This document shows, piece after piece, positions 15,380 to 25,553 of a stretch of DNA of 64,000 bases. The translations under genes and the position numbers were made by a program. The stretch's first letter is position 1, and every line of letters begins with the position of its first letter. Origin of the DNA: an uncultured Anaerolineales bacterium (GTDB lineage Bacteria > Chloroflexota > Anaerolineae > Epilineales > Epilineaceae); NCBI GenBank assembly GCA_964549495.1, contig CAZJWJ010000001.1:3020-67019 (forward strand). Reading direction: 5' to 3'. Below the pieces are notes generated by a model. It was given only the letters and a program-made list of their open reading frames with translations, was not told where the DNA came from and did no database searches.

Positions 15380-16576
15380 ATGCTGGAAACCCGCCTCCGC
15401 GAAGCCTCCAGCGGCTTGGTGGACGCCGTCGTCGACTTCTGTCAACGGCTCATCCGAACGCACAGTCCCTCCGGGCAGGAGGGCGATATCGCCGCGCTGG
15501 TGATGGACGAGATGCGGCGGCTGGGCTACGACCGGGTCGATACGGATGCGGCCGGCAACGTCATCGGGATGGTACGTGGAGGCACGGGCCCCAGCTTGAT
15601 GCTCAACACCCACCTGGATCATGTCGATGCCGGCGACCCGGAGCGATGGGCCTCGCCGCCCTTCGAGGGCGCCGTGATCGACGACGCGGTCTGGGGGCGG
15701 GGCGCGATGGACATCAAGGGACCCCTGGCCTGCCAGGTCTACGCGCCGGCCGTCCTGCGCGTGGCCGGCATCACGCCGCCTGGCGACCTCTACGTCACCG
15801 CCACGGTCATGGAAGAGGTCGGCGGCATCGGCGCCGCGCTGCTCTCCCGCAGCCTGAAGCCCGATCTGGCCGTGGTCGGCGAGGCCAGCGATTGCCAGGT
15901 GGCCCGAGGCCATCGCGGGCGGGTCGAGGTCGAGGTTCGATTCACCGGCCGCGGCGGGCATGCCAGCATGCCGCACCTGCTGGCCAACCCGCATTACTCG
16001 GCCGCCCGGCTGCTGTCAGCCGTCGAGGACTTGGAGATGGCCGAGAGCGAGGGCCTCGGAGCGGCCACCGTGTCGCCGACGCTCTACGTCAGCGATCAGA
16101 AGAGCCGCAACGTCACCCCCGAGCAGGTGACGGTCACGCTCGACTGGCGCATGGTGCCCGAGGAGGGCCCCAAGGCGGTGCTCGAGCGGGTGGCGGCCTT
16201 GGCCGAAGAAGCCTGCGGGGAGGGCGTCAGCGCCGAAGCGCGCATCCCCGGCACCGATTGGCGCACCTACACCGGGCTCGTTCACCGCATGCCCGCCGTC
16301 TTCCCGGCCTTCGAGCTGGCCGAAGACGACACCCTGGTCCAGGGCGCGCGGGGGATCCTGGAGTCGGTTTACGAAGATCCTGTCCCTGTCCGCATTTGGC
16401 GCTTTGCGACCGATGGCGGACACTTCATGTCGGCCGGCATCCCCACCGTGGGATTCGGACCCGGCGACGACAGCCTTGCGCACACCACCGAGGAGCGGAT
16501 CGGCCTCGATGAGTTGGCGCGCGGGCTGCTCGGCAACGCCGCGCTCTGTGCGCGGCTCGGGGAGGTAGCCATTTGA
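15380..16576 (+). CDS. M20-family metallopeptidase/deacylase (ArgE/DapE/YgeY-like)
   Basis: The start is ATG 15380, after GGAAAGG. Motifs LMLNTHLDHVD and WGRGAMDIKG, with a C-terminal ATDGG...GFGPG...AHTTEE pattern. Confidence 0.8.
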   Translation: MLETRLREASSGLVDAVVDFCQRLIRTHSPSGQEGDIAALVMDEMRRLGYDRVDTDAAGNVIGMVRGGTGPSLMLNTHLDHVDAGDPERWASPPFEGAVIDDAVWGRGAMDIKGPLACQVYAPAVLRVAGITPPGDLYVTATVMEEVGGIGAALLSRSLKPDLAVVGEASDCQVARGHRGRVEVEVRFTGRGGHASMPHLLANPHYSAARLLSAVEDLEMAESEGLGAATVSPTLYVSDQKSRNVTPEQVTVTLDWRMVPEEGPKAVLERVAALAEEACGEGVSAEARIPGTDWRTYTGLVHRMPAVFPAFELAEDDTLVQGARGILESVYEDPVPVRIWRFATDGGHFMSAGIPTVGFGPGDDSLAHTTEERIGLDELARGLLGNAALCARLGEVAI

Positions 16577-16620
16577 ACAGCCTGGATAGCATCCGTAACA
16601 CATCGGCCGGTTCGCGCGTT

Positions 16621-17220
16621 ATGTCGGACGCCTCCGATGATCCGGAGGTGGCCGGCCTGGACGCCGAACGCTTGCTCGCATCGCGAGCATCGGGCGGGGA
16701 TCGCGAGGCCTACGCCGAACTCTACCAACGCTACGTCGACAAGATCTATCGCTACATCTACTACAAGGTCGGTCGTCGCGACGAGACGGAGGACCTCTGC
16801 AGCCAGACCTTCATGAAGGCCTGGGACGCCATCGGAGACTACGAATGGCGCAACCATCCCTTCGGCGCCTGGCTCTTCCGGATCGCGCACAACCTGGTGG
16901 TCGATTATCACCGGGCGCGGCGCGAGAACGTCTCGCTCACCGACGCCACGCCGCAGCTGGAGCAGAGGGCCAGCCGCGACGAGATCCGACCCGAGCAGAT
17001 CCTGGGCGAGATGATCACGATGGATCGCGTCCGCCATGCCATCGGCCGGCTGACCGAGGAGCAGCAGCAGGTGCTCATCCTGCGCTTCTTCGAGGGCCTG
17101 TCGACCGGCGAGGTGGCCGATTTGATGGGCAAGCGCCGGGGGGCCATCCGCGGCCTGCAGTTCCGGGCCCTCTCGGCCCTGCGCGAGCTGCTCTACCGCG
17201 AGCAGGATGCGGTCAGCTAG
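16621..17220 (+). CDS. ECF-type sigma-70 family RNA polymerase sigma factor
   Basis: Region 2 (YAELYQRYVDKIYRYIYYKVGRRDETEDLCSQTFMKAW) and region 4 HTH (LSTGEVADLMGKRRGAIRGLQFRALSALR) are present. The alternative TTG start at 16573 overlaps the M20 stop. Confidence 0.85.
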   Translation: MSDASDDPEVAGLDAERLLASRASGGDREAYAELYQRYVDKIYRYIYYKVGRRDETEDLCSQTFMKAWDAIGDYEWRNHPFGAWLFRIAHNLVVDYHRARRENVSLTDATPQLEQRASRDEIRPEQILGEMITMDRVRHAIGRLTEEQQQVLILRFFEGLSTGEVADLMGKRRGAIRGLQFRALSALRELLYREQDAVS

Positions 17221-17307
17221 CGCCAGGACGTAGCAGACCAGCGAGGATCACGCGGACGATCGCGTGGCGAGAAGACGCACGTGACCACGGACGAGAAGTG
17301 ACCTGAG

Positions 17308-19353
17308 ATGAACCGGACGGACCGTCTCGCGCAGGCGCTGGACGCCTGCCTGGAGCAGATGAGCAGCCACGGCCTATCGGCCGAGGCGGCGCTGGCTGCC
17401 TGCTTTCCGACGGATCTACCGGCCGATGCCCTGGTCCGGCTGCTCGAGCTGAGAGAGGCCCTCGACCGCTTGCCGCCGGCTCCCGATCCCGAGCCGGCCT
17501 TCCTCGAACACCTGGCCGAAGCCTTGGCCCAGGCGCCGGATCCGACGCGCCTGGCTCCTGGCGAGGAGGCCATCGAGGCCCTGGACGCCACGCTGGACGG
17601 CGAAGCGGCCTTTGCGAGCAACGGACAGCCCGCTGGCGATGCGGCATTCGATCCCTCCTCCGAACGCTCGGATGCCCTCTTGGAGCTGGCCGGCCTGGCC
17701 GGAGCGCTCGAGCGCCTGCCCAAGGCCGAGAACCCCTCCGACGGCTTCGTGGCCGAGCTCGCCCGCAGCCTGGCCGAAGCACCGTCGCCGCAGAGGATCG
17801 AGATCGAGACCGCATCGACCGCCGGACCGGCCGTCGATTCCACATTGGGCATGGTGCATGCCCTGGAACACGGACTCGAGGCCCTGCGCGAAGCCGGCCT
17901 CGGCGCCGCCATCCAGGGCCAAGATCCCCGCGTGGCCCGCGATCTGGCGCCGCTCTTGGCGCTGGCCGGCGCGCTGCGCGACCTGCCCGCCCCGCCACGG
18001 CCCACCGAGAACTTCCGCGACGAGTTGGCAACCTCCCTGGCCTTCGCGCCCGAACCCAGTTCCCTGCTCCGCCGGCGCGCGGCCCGCTCCGGCATGGGCT
18101 TGGTCCGCCGCCTCTGGCGCAGCACCGCCTTCACCGCGGCGGCGGCCGCCACCGTCCTGATCTTCCTGGCCGCCGGCGTCACCTACGCCTCGGCCGATGC
18201 CCTGCCGGGCCAGCTGCTCTATCCGGTCAAGCGCGCGGCCGAGTCGGCCCGCGTCTGGCTCTCGGCGCCCGATGCCCGCATCGGGCTGCACATGGCGCTG
18301 GCCGACCAGCGCCTCGGCGAGGCCCTGGCGGTGCCGGGTGCCGCCGGCGAGCGCCTGGCCGACTTCAACCGCGAGGTAACCTCCGCCCTGGTGGCCGCCG
18401 ATGCGGCCATGGACGCCGGCCGGCCCCGCCAGCAGGTGGCCCAGCCGCTCTCGGTCTGGCTGCTGGACGCGCGCGGCCGCCTGGTGCTCGGCCGGCCGCA
18501 GCTGCCGGCCATCGCCTGGCGCGCTTCGCTGGCCCTGGTCGACGAGGCCATCCTGGCCCTGCAGACCGGCCAGCCGCTCTCGGCGCCGGTGCCCCGGCTC
18601 TTCGATCGCGACGATCAGCTCCGCGTGGTCTCCGCGCGGCCGGCCGGCCGCATCCGACGCGCGCCCCGCGCCGATGCGCGCGTCGAGCCCCAGCCGCGCC
18701 AGTCCGATCCGGGACCCATCGCGGCCCGACCGGTCGCGCAGGTTCCAGGCGTCGGCTCGAACCCCGCACCGCCGGTTCAACCCGCGCCGATCGATCCGAT
18801 CGCCGCAGCGCCCGGCGGCCCGCCGCAGCAGGGCGGAGATGACGGGGACGACGAAGAGGACGAGCGCTCCGGCGATTCCAGGGTCGTGGAGCCTGCCAGC
18901 CCGCCGCCGCCGGCCACGCTGGAGCTCGTGCTGCCCAGCCCCACGCCGCCGCCACCGACGCAGGTGCCGCCGACGGCCACGAACCGGCCGGCCACGCAGA
19001 CGCCGACGGCGGTGCCGGTGATCGCGCCGGAGATCGTCAAGGTGGGCTGCTACCCACAGACGATTTTCGAGGCCGGCGAGGCCAAGTGCCTGGTCGAGGC
19101 CCGAGACCCGGACGACCCGTCCGGTGAAGGTCTTCGCTACTCGTGGTGGGTCGCTCCCTACCAGGGCCAGATGATCGACGAGGATCAGCAGCAAGCGAGC
19201 TACCTGGCCACCTTCAACGGCTCCGGCTTCAAGCAAGACGTGATCATCACCATCGAAGTGACCGATGCCGACGGCCAGCAGGTGACGGCCGAGACCACGG
19301 TCGAGGTGATGCCCATCGCACAGTCGCACCCTGGAGATTTGTCCCGCGACTGA
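17308..19353 (+). CDS. Anti-sigma-factor-like single-pass membrane protein (DUF5667-like region, Pro-rich linker, Ig/PKD-like C-terminus)
   Basis: It immediately follows the ECF sigma gene. It has one TM helix (AFTAAAAATVLIFLAAGVTYA), then DALPGQLLYPVKRAAESARVWL, a long Pro/Ala-rich segment, and a beta-rich C-terminal domain. Confidence 0.6.
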   Translation: MNRTDRLAQALDACLEQMSSHGLSAEAALAACFPTDLPADALVRLLELREALDRLPPAPDPEPAFLEHLAEALAQAPDPTRLAPGEEAIEALDATLDGEAAFASNGQPAGDAAFDPSSERSDALLELAGLAGALERLPKAENPSDGFVAELARSLAEAPSPQRIEIETASTAGPAVDSTLGMVHALEHGLEALREAGLGAAIQGQDPRVARDLAPLLALAGALRDLPAPPRPTENFRDELATSLAFAPEPSSLLRRRAARSGMGLVRRLWRSTAFTAAAAATVLIFLAAGVTYASADALPGQLLYPVKRAAESARVWLSAPDARIGLHMALADQRLGEALAVPGAAGERLADFNREVTSALVAADAAMDAGRPRQQVAQPLSVWLLDARGRLVLGRPQLPAIAWRASLALVDEAILALQTGQPLSAPVPRLFDRDDQLRVVSARPAGRIRRAPRADARVEPQPRQSDPGPIAARPVAQVPGVGSNPAPPVQPAPIDPIAAAPGGPPQQGGDDGDDEEDERSGDSRVVEPASPPPPATLELVLPSPTPPPPTQVPPTATNRPATQTPTAVPVIAPEIVKVGCYPQTIFEAGEAKCLVEARDPDDPSGEGLRYSWWVAPYQGQMIDEDQQQASYLATFNGSGFKQDVIITIEVTDADGQQVTAETTVEVMPIAQSHPGDLSRD

Positions 19354-19550
19354 GCGCCCGCACGGGGGCTACCATCGAGCCCCGCGCGGTGATATCGTTC
19401 GAAGACGCGCCCCTGCCCTCCAAATCGTGCGTATCGTTCGACCGGCCTTGGCAGTTAAGCATGGTACGAGTCGATGATGATCCGCCCGCCGCTTGCCGGC
19501 CCGCCCCACCGGCCCGGAAAATCCCGCGGCGTGCGCGAGGAGAGCAGAGC

Positions 19551-21101
19551 ATGAATTCGCAACTGGCGACATCCCGTAGCCTCGGCACCCTCTTGGTGGC
19601 CACCTGGCTGGGATTGCTGGCGGCGGGCCTGGCTTGGGGCGGCCTGGACACCAAGGCGGCGCCGGCAGCGCAGGCCGAGCAGGCCGAGCAGGATCGAACC
19701 GAGCAAGACCAGGAAGAGGTCTTCTACGGTCGGTTGCAGAATGGTCAAGCCGGCTGCGCCGGAGCCGAGGATGCCATCCTGGTCTTCTGCGACGGCGCCG
19801 AGACGCTCTTCGTCCAGGCCGGCCCGGGCGCCAACCTGCGCCGCTTCTTCGGCCAGAGCGTGGCCATCCGCGGCAGCCTGCTCGAATGCCCCGCCGGCGA
19901 GCGCTACATCGCGCTCAACAGCATCCAGCAGACCCAGCGCTGCGAGCCGCAGGCCACGGCCGAGCCGGTGCCGGACAACCTGGCCCTGCGCGCGCCGGTG
20001 GTGGCCAACACCCATGTGCAGCCCAACGTGATGCAGAACGCCACCGACGGTGATCCGCTGACCTACTGGTACGCGCCGGGCCGCGATGCCTGGATCTACG
20101 TCGACTTGGGTCCCAACATCGACCCGGATGGCGACGGTCAGCCCTCGGCGGTGACCTTCAACGAGGCCCGCCTGCGCTGGGGCGAGCGCCACGCGGTGCA
20201 GTACGGCGTCTACGTCTTCGACCAGGTCGAGGGCCGCTGGATGCGCATCTACCAGAAGAGCGAGGGCACGGTCGACGAGCGCATCAGCTTCCCCCGCGCC
20301 CTGGGCCGCTACGTGCTCTTGCAGCTGGCCCGCTCCAGCGCGGCCGAGGGCGGCTTCGCGCTGCGCGAGATCGAGCTCTACGGCGTGAGCACCCAGAACC
20401 TGGCGCTGGGTAGCCAGGTCCAGGCCTCCAGCGCGGTGGCCGAGATGCCGGCTTGGCATGCGGTGGACGGCAGCGAGCAGTCGGCCTGGTCCTCGCTGCC
20501 GGGTGACGACATCAACCCCTGGATCTACGCCCGCATCCCCTTCGGCGCGGCCCTGACCGAGTTTCGTCTGCTCTGGGAGCAGGGCGCCATGCCGGCCACC
20601 TTCCGCGTCGGCTTCTACCAGGACGGTGAGATCAAGCTCTGGAGCCAAGCCTTCGAGTCGACCAACGCCCGTCAGCGCCTGGCCTGGGGCACGCCCATCC
20701 AGAGCGATGCCTTCTACGTCTACACCGAGGCACTGGGACCTTCGGGCCGCGTGCAGCTGCACGAGTTGGAGCTCTACGGGCCGGCCGGCCTTCTCACCCT
20801 GGACGCCGCGCCGGGCCCCGCGCCCGCGCTGGGCGTGAATCCCGCCGGCCCCGGCACCGCCTGGTTGCCGCTGCTGCCGCGGCGGATGGACGGACTGCGC
20901 CACGCACCGGCCCGGCCGATTGGCGTCGAGCCGCATGTAGGCAGCCTCCGATCCGGTGGACCGGGCGCGCTGGGCGATCGGCTGGATCCCGCGGTCGTGC
21001 GTTCGGACGAGACCGCGAGCGACCCGCTGCTGCGCTCGCTGCCTGCGCCGGCCGTTCAGCCCCCAGTCTACGGCCCGGAGGCATGGCCCGACCCACGTTG
21101 A
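19551..21101 (+). CDS. Secreted protein with two discoidin (F5/8 type C)-like domains
   Basis: ATG 19551 with a signal/TM segment (LGTLLVATWLGLLAAGLAWGG). Two repeats of the pattern xATDGDPLTYWY...WIYVDLG and AVDGSEQSAWSS...WIYARIP, each ending ...EIELYG / ELELYG. Confidence 0.65.
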   Translation: MNSQLATSRSLGTLLVATWLGLLAAGLAWGGLDTKAAPAAQAEQAEQDRTEQDQEEVFYGRLQNGQAGCAGAEDAILVFCDGAETLFVQAGPGANLRRFFGQSVAIRGSLLECPAGERYIALNSIQQTQRCEPQATAEPVPDNLALRAPVVANTHVQPNVMQNATDGDPLTYWYAPGRDAWIYVDLGPNIDPDGDGQPSAVTFNEARLRWGERHAVQYGVYVFDQVEGRWMRIYQKSEGTVDERISFPRALGRYVLLQLARSSAAEGGFALREIELYGVSTQNLALGSQVQASSAVAEMPAWHAVDGSEQSAWSSLPGDDINPWIYARIPFGAALTEFRLLWEQGAMPATFRVGFYQDGEIKLWSQAFESTNARQRLAWGTPIQSDAFYVYTEALGPSGRVQLHELELYGPAGLLTLDAAPGPAPALGVNPAGPGTAWLPLLPRRMDGLRHAPARPIGVEPHVGSLRSGGPGALGDRLDPAVVRSDETASDPLLRSLPAPAVQPPVYGPEAWPDPR

Positions 21102-21234
21102 TCCTTCGCCCACGGAACCCCATCCCGACATGCGGGTGCGCATAGCATGAGTTGAATGCGGACAGCCTGGGGTTGGTCGTTCATCCAGGAATGAACCGTG
21201 CCCCGCGCGGACGGCCGGATCAGGAGGGACCTCC

Positions 21235-23655
21235 ATGCCCCCGACTTCCGAGGAATCACGGTCTCGAACCCCCTGCTACTGCGCCCTCTGCGTCTCCCGC
21301 TGCGGTGCGATCGCGGTGCGCGAGAACGGCCGCTTCGTCGCCCTCGAGCCGGATCCATCGCACCCCACCGGCAAGGCCCTCTGCGCGAAGGGCCGCGCGG
21401 CGCCCGAGTTGGTGGAGCATCGGGCGCGGCTGACCCACCCCCTGCGCCGCACCCGCCCGAAAGGGGATCCCGATCCGGGCTGGGAGCGGATCGGCTGGGA
21501 CGAGGCCCTCGAACAAACCGCCGAGAGCCTCCTGCGCCTCGCGGACGAGAACGGGCCGGAGAGCGTGGTCTTCAGCTCGGTGTCGCCCTCCACCTCGGCC
21601 GTGGACGACGTGGTGGACTGGATCGAGCGGCTGATGAACGCCTTCGGAAGCCCCAACCTCTGCGCCGCGATGGAACTCTGCGGTTGGGGCCGCTACCTCG
21701 CGCCGCTCTACACCTATGGAGCCCCCGTTCCGGGCGCCTACATGCCCGACCTCGAGCACGCGGGCTGCATCCTGTTCTGGGGCTACAACCCGAATCTGGC
21801 CCGCCTGGCCCATGCCACCGCTACCGCCGAGGCGCAGCGGCGCGGGGCGCGATTGATCGTGGTCGACCCGCGAGGCACGGGTCCCGCGAAACGCGCCGAT
21901 CTGTGGCTGCGCGTGAGGCCGGGTACCGATGGCGCGCTCGCGCTCGGCATCGCGGGGGTGATGATCGAGCGCGGTTGGTACGATCATGACTTCGTCCGCG
22001 ACTGGACGAACGGACCGCTGCTCGTGCGCGAGGACGATGGCCGCCTGCTGTCGGCATCCGACCTGTTGGACCCGGGCGAGGCGGCTGATGACCGGACCGT
22101 CACCCGGCGCTATGTCGCGTGGGACGAGGCGGAGGGCCGGCCGGCCCTCTACGATCCGTCGAGCCGTCGCTTCGAGGCGGGGGATCCACAGCCCGCGCTC
22201 TTCGGGCGCTACGAGCTCCAGACCGCGGACGGGAAGGTGGCCTGCCGCCCGGCCTTCGATCATGTCGCCGAGCTCTGCCGGCGCTACCCGCCCGAGCGCG
22301 TCGAGGCGATCACCGGCGTCGGGTCCGCACAGGTGGAGGCCGCGGCGCGGATGCTGTACGAATCGCGGCCGGTCGCGTACTACGCTTGGAGCGGCGTGGA
22401 GATGCAGTCATCAGCCAGCCAGATCTCGCGCGCGATCGGACAGCTCTATGCGCTGACCGGCAGCCTGGACCGGAAGGGCGGCAACGTGCGCTTCGCCGCC
22501 CCGCCGACCCCCGCCGTGAACGGCGCCGAACTCCTGACCGAGGCGCAGGCCTCGAAGACCCTCGGCTTGTCCGAGCGCCCGATGGGCCCTGCGCGTTGGC
22601 GCTTCGTGACCACCCACGACGTATACCGCGCGATCCTGGAGCGCGAGCCCTATCCCGTGCGCGGCCTCGTCGACTTCGGCTCGAACCTGCTGCTCTCGCA
22701 CGCGGACGGTCGCAGAGGACGCGAGGCGCTTGCGGCCCTCGACTTCTACGTGCACGCCGACCTCTTCATGAACCCGACGGCCGAGCTGGCCGACGTGGTG
22801 CTGCCGGTGGCGGGGGCTTTCGAACGCGAGGGCCTGCGAATCGGCTTCGAGGTGAGCGCGGCGGCGCAGGCGCACGTGCAGCTGCGCCCGCGCGTCGCCG
22901 AGCCGCCCGGCGAGGCGCGGCCGGACGCAGCCATCATCTTCGAGCTCGCAGGGCGCCTGGGGCTGGGAGAGCAGTTTTGGGACGGCGACCTCGAGGCCGC
23001 CTACCGCCATCAACTGGCGCCTACCGGTCTGACGCCCGAGGACTTGCGTGCGGAGCCGGGCGGTGTTCGGCTGCCGCTCGAGACCCGCTACCGCAAGTAC
23101 GCCGAGCCGGTCGACGGCAGGGTCACGGGCTTCCGCACCCCGACGGGCCGGATCGAGCTCTATTCCGAGACGCTGCTCGATGGCGGCGCGCCGCCGCTGC
23201 CCGACTACGAACCTCCGCTCGTCAGCGCCGAGACGCGTCCCGACCTGGCCGTCCGCTACCCGCTCGTGCTCACCTGCGCCAAGCATGCGCTATTCTGCGA
23301 GAGTCAGCACCGAGGAATCGAGAGCTTGCGCCGGAAGGCGATGGAGCCCGAGGTGGAGCTCCACCCGACCGCCGCCGCCGCGCGGGGCATCGAGGCCGGC
23401 GACTGGGTGGTCATCGAGACGCCGGAGGGCAGCGTCCGCGCCCGCGCCCGGCTGGACGACATGCTCGAGGAGAACGTCGTCTGCGGGCAGCACGGCTGGT
23501 GGGAGGCCTGCGAGGAGATCGGCGCACCGGGCTACGATCCATTGGGCCCGACGGGAGCCAACTACAACCTGCTGATCGCCGACGACGCGGTGGACCCGGT
23601 CAGCGGCTCGGTGCCCCACCGTGCCTATCTCTGCGAGCTGCGGCGGGAGGGGTGA
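21235..23655 (+). CDS. Molybdopterin (bis-MGD) oxidoreductase catalytic subunit, DMSO reductase/formate dehydrogenase superfamily
   Basis: AGGAGGG lies 6 nt upstream of the ATG. An N-terminal Cys cluster (CYCALCVSRCG) is present. 806 aa, with a C-terminal MGD-binding barrel pattern (ELHPTAAAARGIEAGDWVVIETPEGSVRARARL). Confidence 0.85.
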   Translation: MPPTSEESRSRTPCYCALCVSRCGAIAVRENGRFVALEPDPSHPTGKALCAKGRAAPELVEHRARLTHPLRRTRPKGDPDPGWERIGWDEALEQTAESLLRLADENGPESVVFSSVSPSTSAVDDVVDWIERLMNAFGSPNLCAAMELCGWGRYLAPLYTYGAPVPGAYMPDLEHAGCILFWGYNPNLARLAHATATAEAQRRGARLIVVDPRGTGPAKRADLWLRVRPGTDGALALGIAGVMIERGWYDHDFVRDWTNGPLLVREDDGRLLSASDLLDPGEAADDRTVTRRYVAWDEAEGRPALYDPSSRRFEAGDPQPALFGRYELQTADGKVACRPAFDHVAELCRRYPPERVEAITGVGSAQVEAAARMLYESRPVAYYAWSGVEMQSSASQISRAIGQLYALTGSLDRKGGNVRFAAPPTPAVNGAELLTEAQASKTLGLSERPMGPARWRFVTTHDVYRAILEREPYPVRGLVDFGSNLLLSHADGRRGREALAALDFYVHADLFMNPTAELADVVLPVAGAFEREGLRIGFEVSAAAQAHVQLRPRVAEPPGEARPDAAIIFELAGRLGLGEQFWDGDLEAAYRHQLAPTGLTPEDLRAEPGGVRLPLETRYRKYAEPVDGRVTGFRTPTGRIELYSETLLDGGAPPLPDYEPPLVSAETRPDLAVRYPLVLTCAKHALFCESQHRGIESLRRKAMEPEVELHPTAAAARGIEAGDWVVIETPEGSVRARARLDDMLEENVVCGQHGWWEACEEIGAPGYDPLGPTGANYNLLIADDAVDPVSGSVPHRAYLCELRREG

Positions 23656-23736
23656 GCCGCCGGGCTCGATCTTGAAGCGAGATCGCGACGAGCGCCGATC
23701 AGCGCACCACCAAGTTGGGGAAGGGCCTGTGCTCGA

Positions 23737-25473
23737 ATGAGAGGGGGCATGCGATTCCACACGGCCGCTTGCACGCTGGTCATCCTGCTGGTCGCCTCGA
23801 TGACCGGCTGCAGAGACGCGGACACACCGGCTCCAAGCGAGCCGGTCACCGAGTTCGCGGCGCCACCGGCAACCGAGGCGGCATCACGGACCCCGGAGCG
23901 AAGACAAGACCTACTCACGGCTACGCTGCCCGATCGATCCGCACTGCCGGACGCCGACGCACCCTGGCTCCTGCACCGCGGCCCGGCCCGGCAGGAGAGT
24001 GGCGCGGATGGCGAGGAAGCGGTGGCCGATCAAGGCGGCCAAGCAGACACGAGCCTGTACCTGCGCGACGCCCAAGGCGCACTAGCGGCCATCTGGGCTC
24101 TCCCGCCCGGGAGCGAGCTTCGATCCGTGGCCGATGGGGTATCACCCGACGGTCGCTGGCTGGCCTTCCTCTCGGGCCAGCTGCCCGAGATACCGCTCGA
24201 CGAAGCGGTCACGAGCCCCCTGACCCTGCACGTCTGGGATCTGGGCAGCGGCAGCGAGGCGCACCGCCTGCCCTTGTTGCGATCCGATGTGCACGAGGAT
24301 CTCCGTGCGCAAGCCCCACAGGTTGCAGAAGCGTCTGCCTCGGATTCGGATCTGGCGTCCGGAGCTTGGGACGCGGCCGAGTCGGAGGGTTTCGAGTTCT
24401 TCCTCGAGGATGTTCTGTGGGCCTTCGCTGATGCCGTGGGCAACTTCCGCTGGTCGCCCGAAGGAGACCGTCTGGCCTTCATCGGCGCCATCGATGGGCC
24501 GAGCGCCGACGTCTACCTGCTCCAGGTCGCGGACGGGGCGGTGACGCGGGTGTCGGACGAGCCGACGCATGCCTTCCGCCTGGCCTGGAGCCCGGACGGT
24601 CGCTGGATCCTGCACGAGGGGGCGCGCTGGTCCAGCAGGGCGGCAGGCTCGACCGTCGCCAGCTCCACGGATCTCAGCGCCGCCGACGGCAGCCAGCAGC
24701 GGCACATCGGTCCTGGCTCCGGCATCGGCTCCTGGGCCGAGGACTGGCCGGATGCCTGGCTCGATGACGACGGCGCCATCTACCACACCGAGTCCAATGG
24801 CTGCGGCATATGCCAGATCCTGCACCTCGACGTGGGCAAGGGCATCACCCGGACGCTCGCGTCCAGCATCGAGGGCCAAAGCTTCGCCATCCACCCCGAG
24901 GGCGGCGCCATCGCGTTGTCGGGGCGGCGCTTCGGTCCGATGGACTCCAGCGCATCGACGCCGATGGAGACGAGCGTGGGCATCGAGGTGATCGATGTCT
25001 CGGACGCTACGACCGGACAGATCCATGACCGCCCCTGCCAGGTCGTGGGCTGGGCTGCAGATGACCTGCCCTTCCTCCGGCTTCCTTCCCACACCGAGGA
25101 CCGCTGCTCGCCGGTGGCCTTCGACGCGGAGGGCGTCGAGCTGGACATCGATGCGCCAGTTGGGCTCACCGAAGTCGGCGTATCGCCGGGGAATGCTTGG
25201 CGACTGCTCTATGGGGAGGCCGGCTGGCGGCTGTTCGATCGGTCCAGCGTGCTGCGAGCGGAATGGCCCGCGGAATCCGGGGGTTCGACGTCGACGGCCC
25301 CGCAGCCCGTCGAGGCCGTGGCCTGGCGTGGGGACGACGCAGCATGGGTCTGGCGTGCAGGCGGCGAGGTCTGGCTTGCCGACCTTGTCGATGGGAAGCC
25401 GGTAATCCACGGTTCCTGGAAGAGCGAATCGGACCGCGACGGCAGCCTGGACGTGGCTTGGATCGATCCTTGA
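23737..25473 (+). CDS. Lipoprotein with TolB/WD40-like beta-propeller repeats
   Basis: Signal peptide plus lipobox (LLVASMTGC). TolB-like repeats are present (FRWSPEGDRLAF..., LAWSPDGRWILH...). The alternative ATG is at 23749. Confidence 0.65.
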   Translation: MRGGMRFHTAACTLVILLVASMTGCRDADTPAPSEPVTEFAAPPATEAASRTPERRQDLLTATLPDRSALPDADAPWLLHRGPARQESGADGEEAVADQGGQADTSLYLRDAQGALAAIWALPPGSELRSVADGVSPDGRWLAFLSGQLPEIPLDEAVTSPLTLHVWDLGSGSEAHRLPLLRSDVHEDLRAQAPQVAEASASDSDLASGAWDAAESEGFEFFLEDVLWAFADAVGNFRWSPEGDRLAFIGAIDGPSADVYLLQVADGAVTRVSDEPTHAFRLAWSPDGRWILHEGARWSSRAAGSTVASSTDLSAADGSQQRHIGPGSGIGSWAEDWPDAWLDDDGAIYHTESNGCGICQILHLDVGKGITRTLASSIEGQSFAIHPEGGAIALSGRRFGPMDSSASTPMETSVGIEVIDVSDATTGQIHDRPCQVVGWAADDLPFLRLPSHTEDRCSPVAFDAEGVELDIDAPVGLTEVGVSPGNAWRLLYGEAGWRLFDRSSVLRAEWPAESGGSTSTAPQPVEAVAWRGDDAAWVWRAGGEVWLADLVDGKPVIHGSWKSESDRDGSLDVAWIDP

Positions 25474-25553
25474 TCCGTGGATGCGATTCTCTCGCTTGGC
25501 CAGCGTACTGCCGATAAAATCCCGCGAAGTGACACCGACCCCGGGGATCTCCG

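Noticed and set aside
15122-15994. 290-aa minus-strand ORF
   Set aside because: It is mostly antisense to the M20 peptidase, with no motifs and no plausible start context.
15380-16576. Possibility that the M20 peptidase is the missing LysK-type release enzyme of the LysW-like cluster
   Set aside because: It is separated from the cluster by 5 kb containing an unrelated ATPase, a convergent regulator and a membrane protein. It appears co-transcribed with an ECF sigma factor instead. There is no positional support.
17416-21236. 637-aa and 593-aa minus-strand ORFs
   Set aside because: They are antisense to the anti-sigma-like and discoidin genes, with Arg/Gly/Ala-rich shadow composition.
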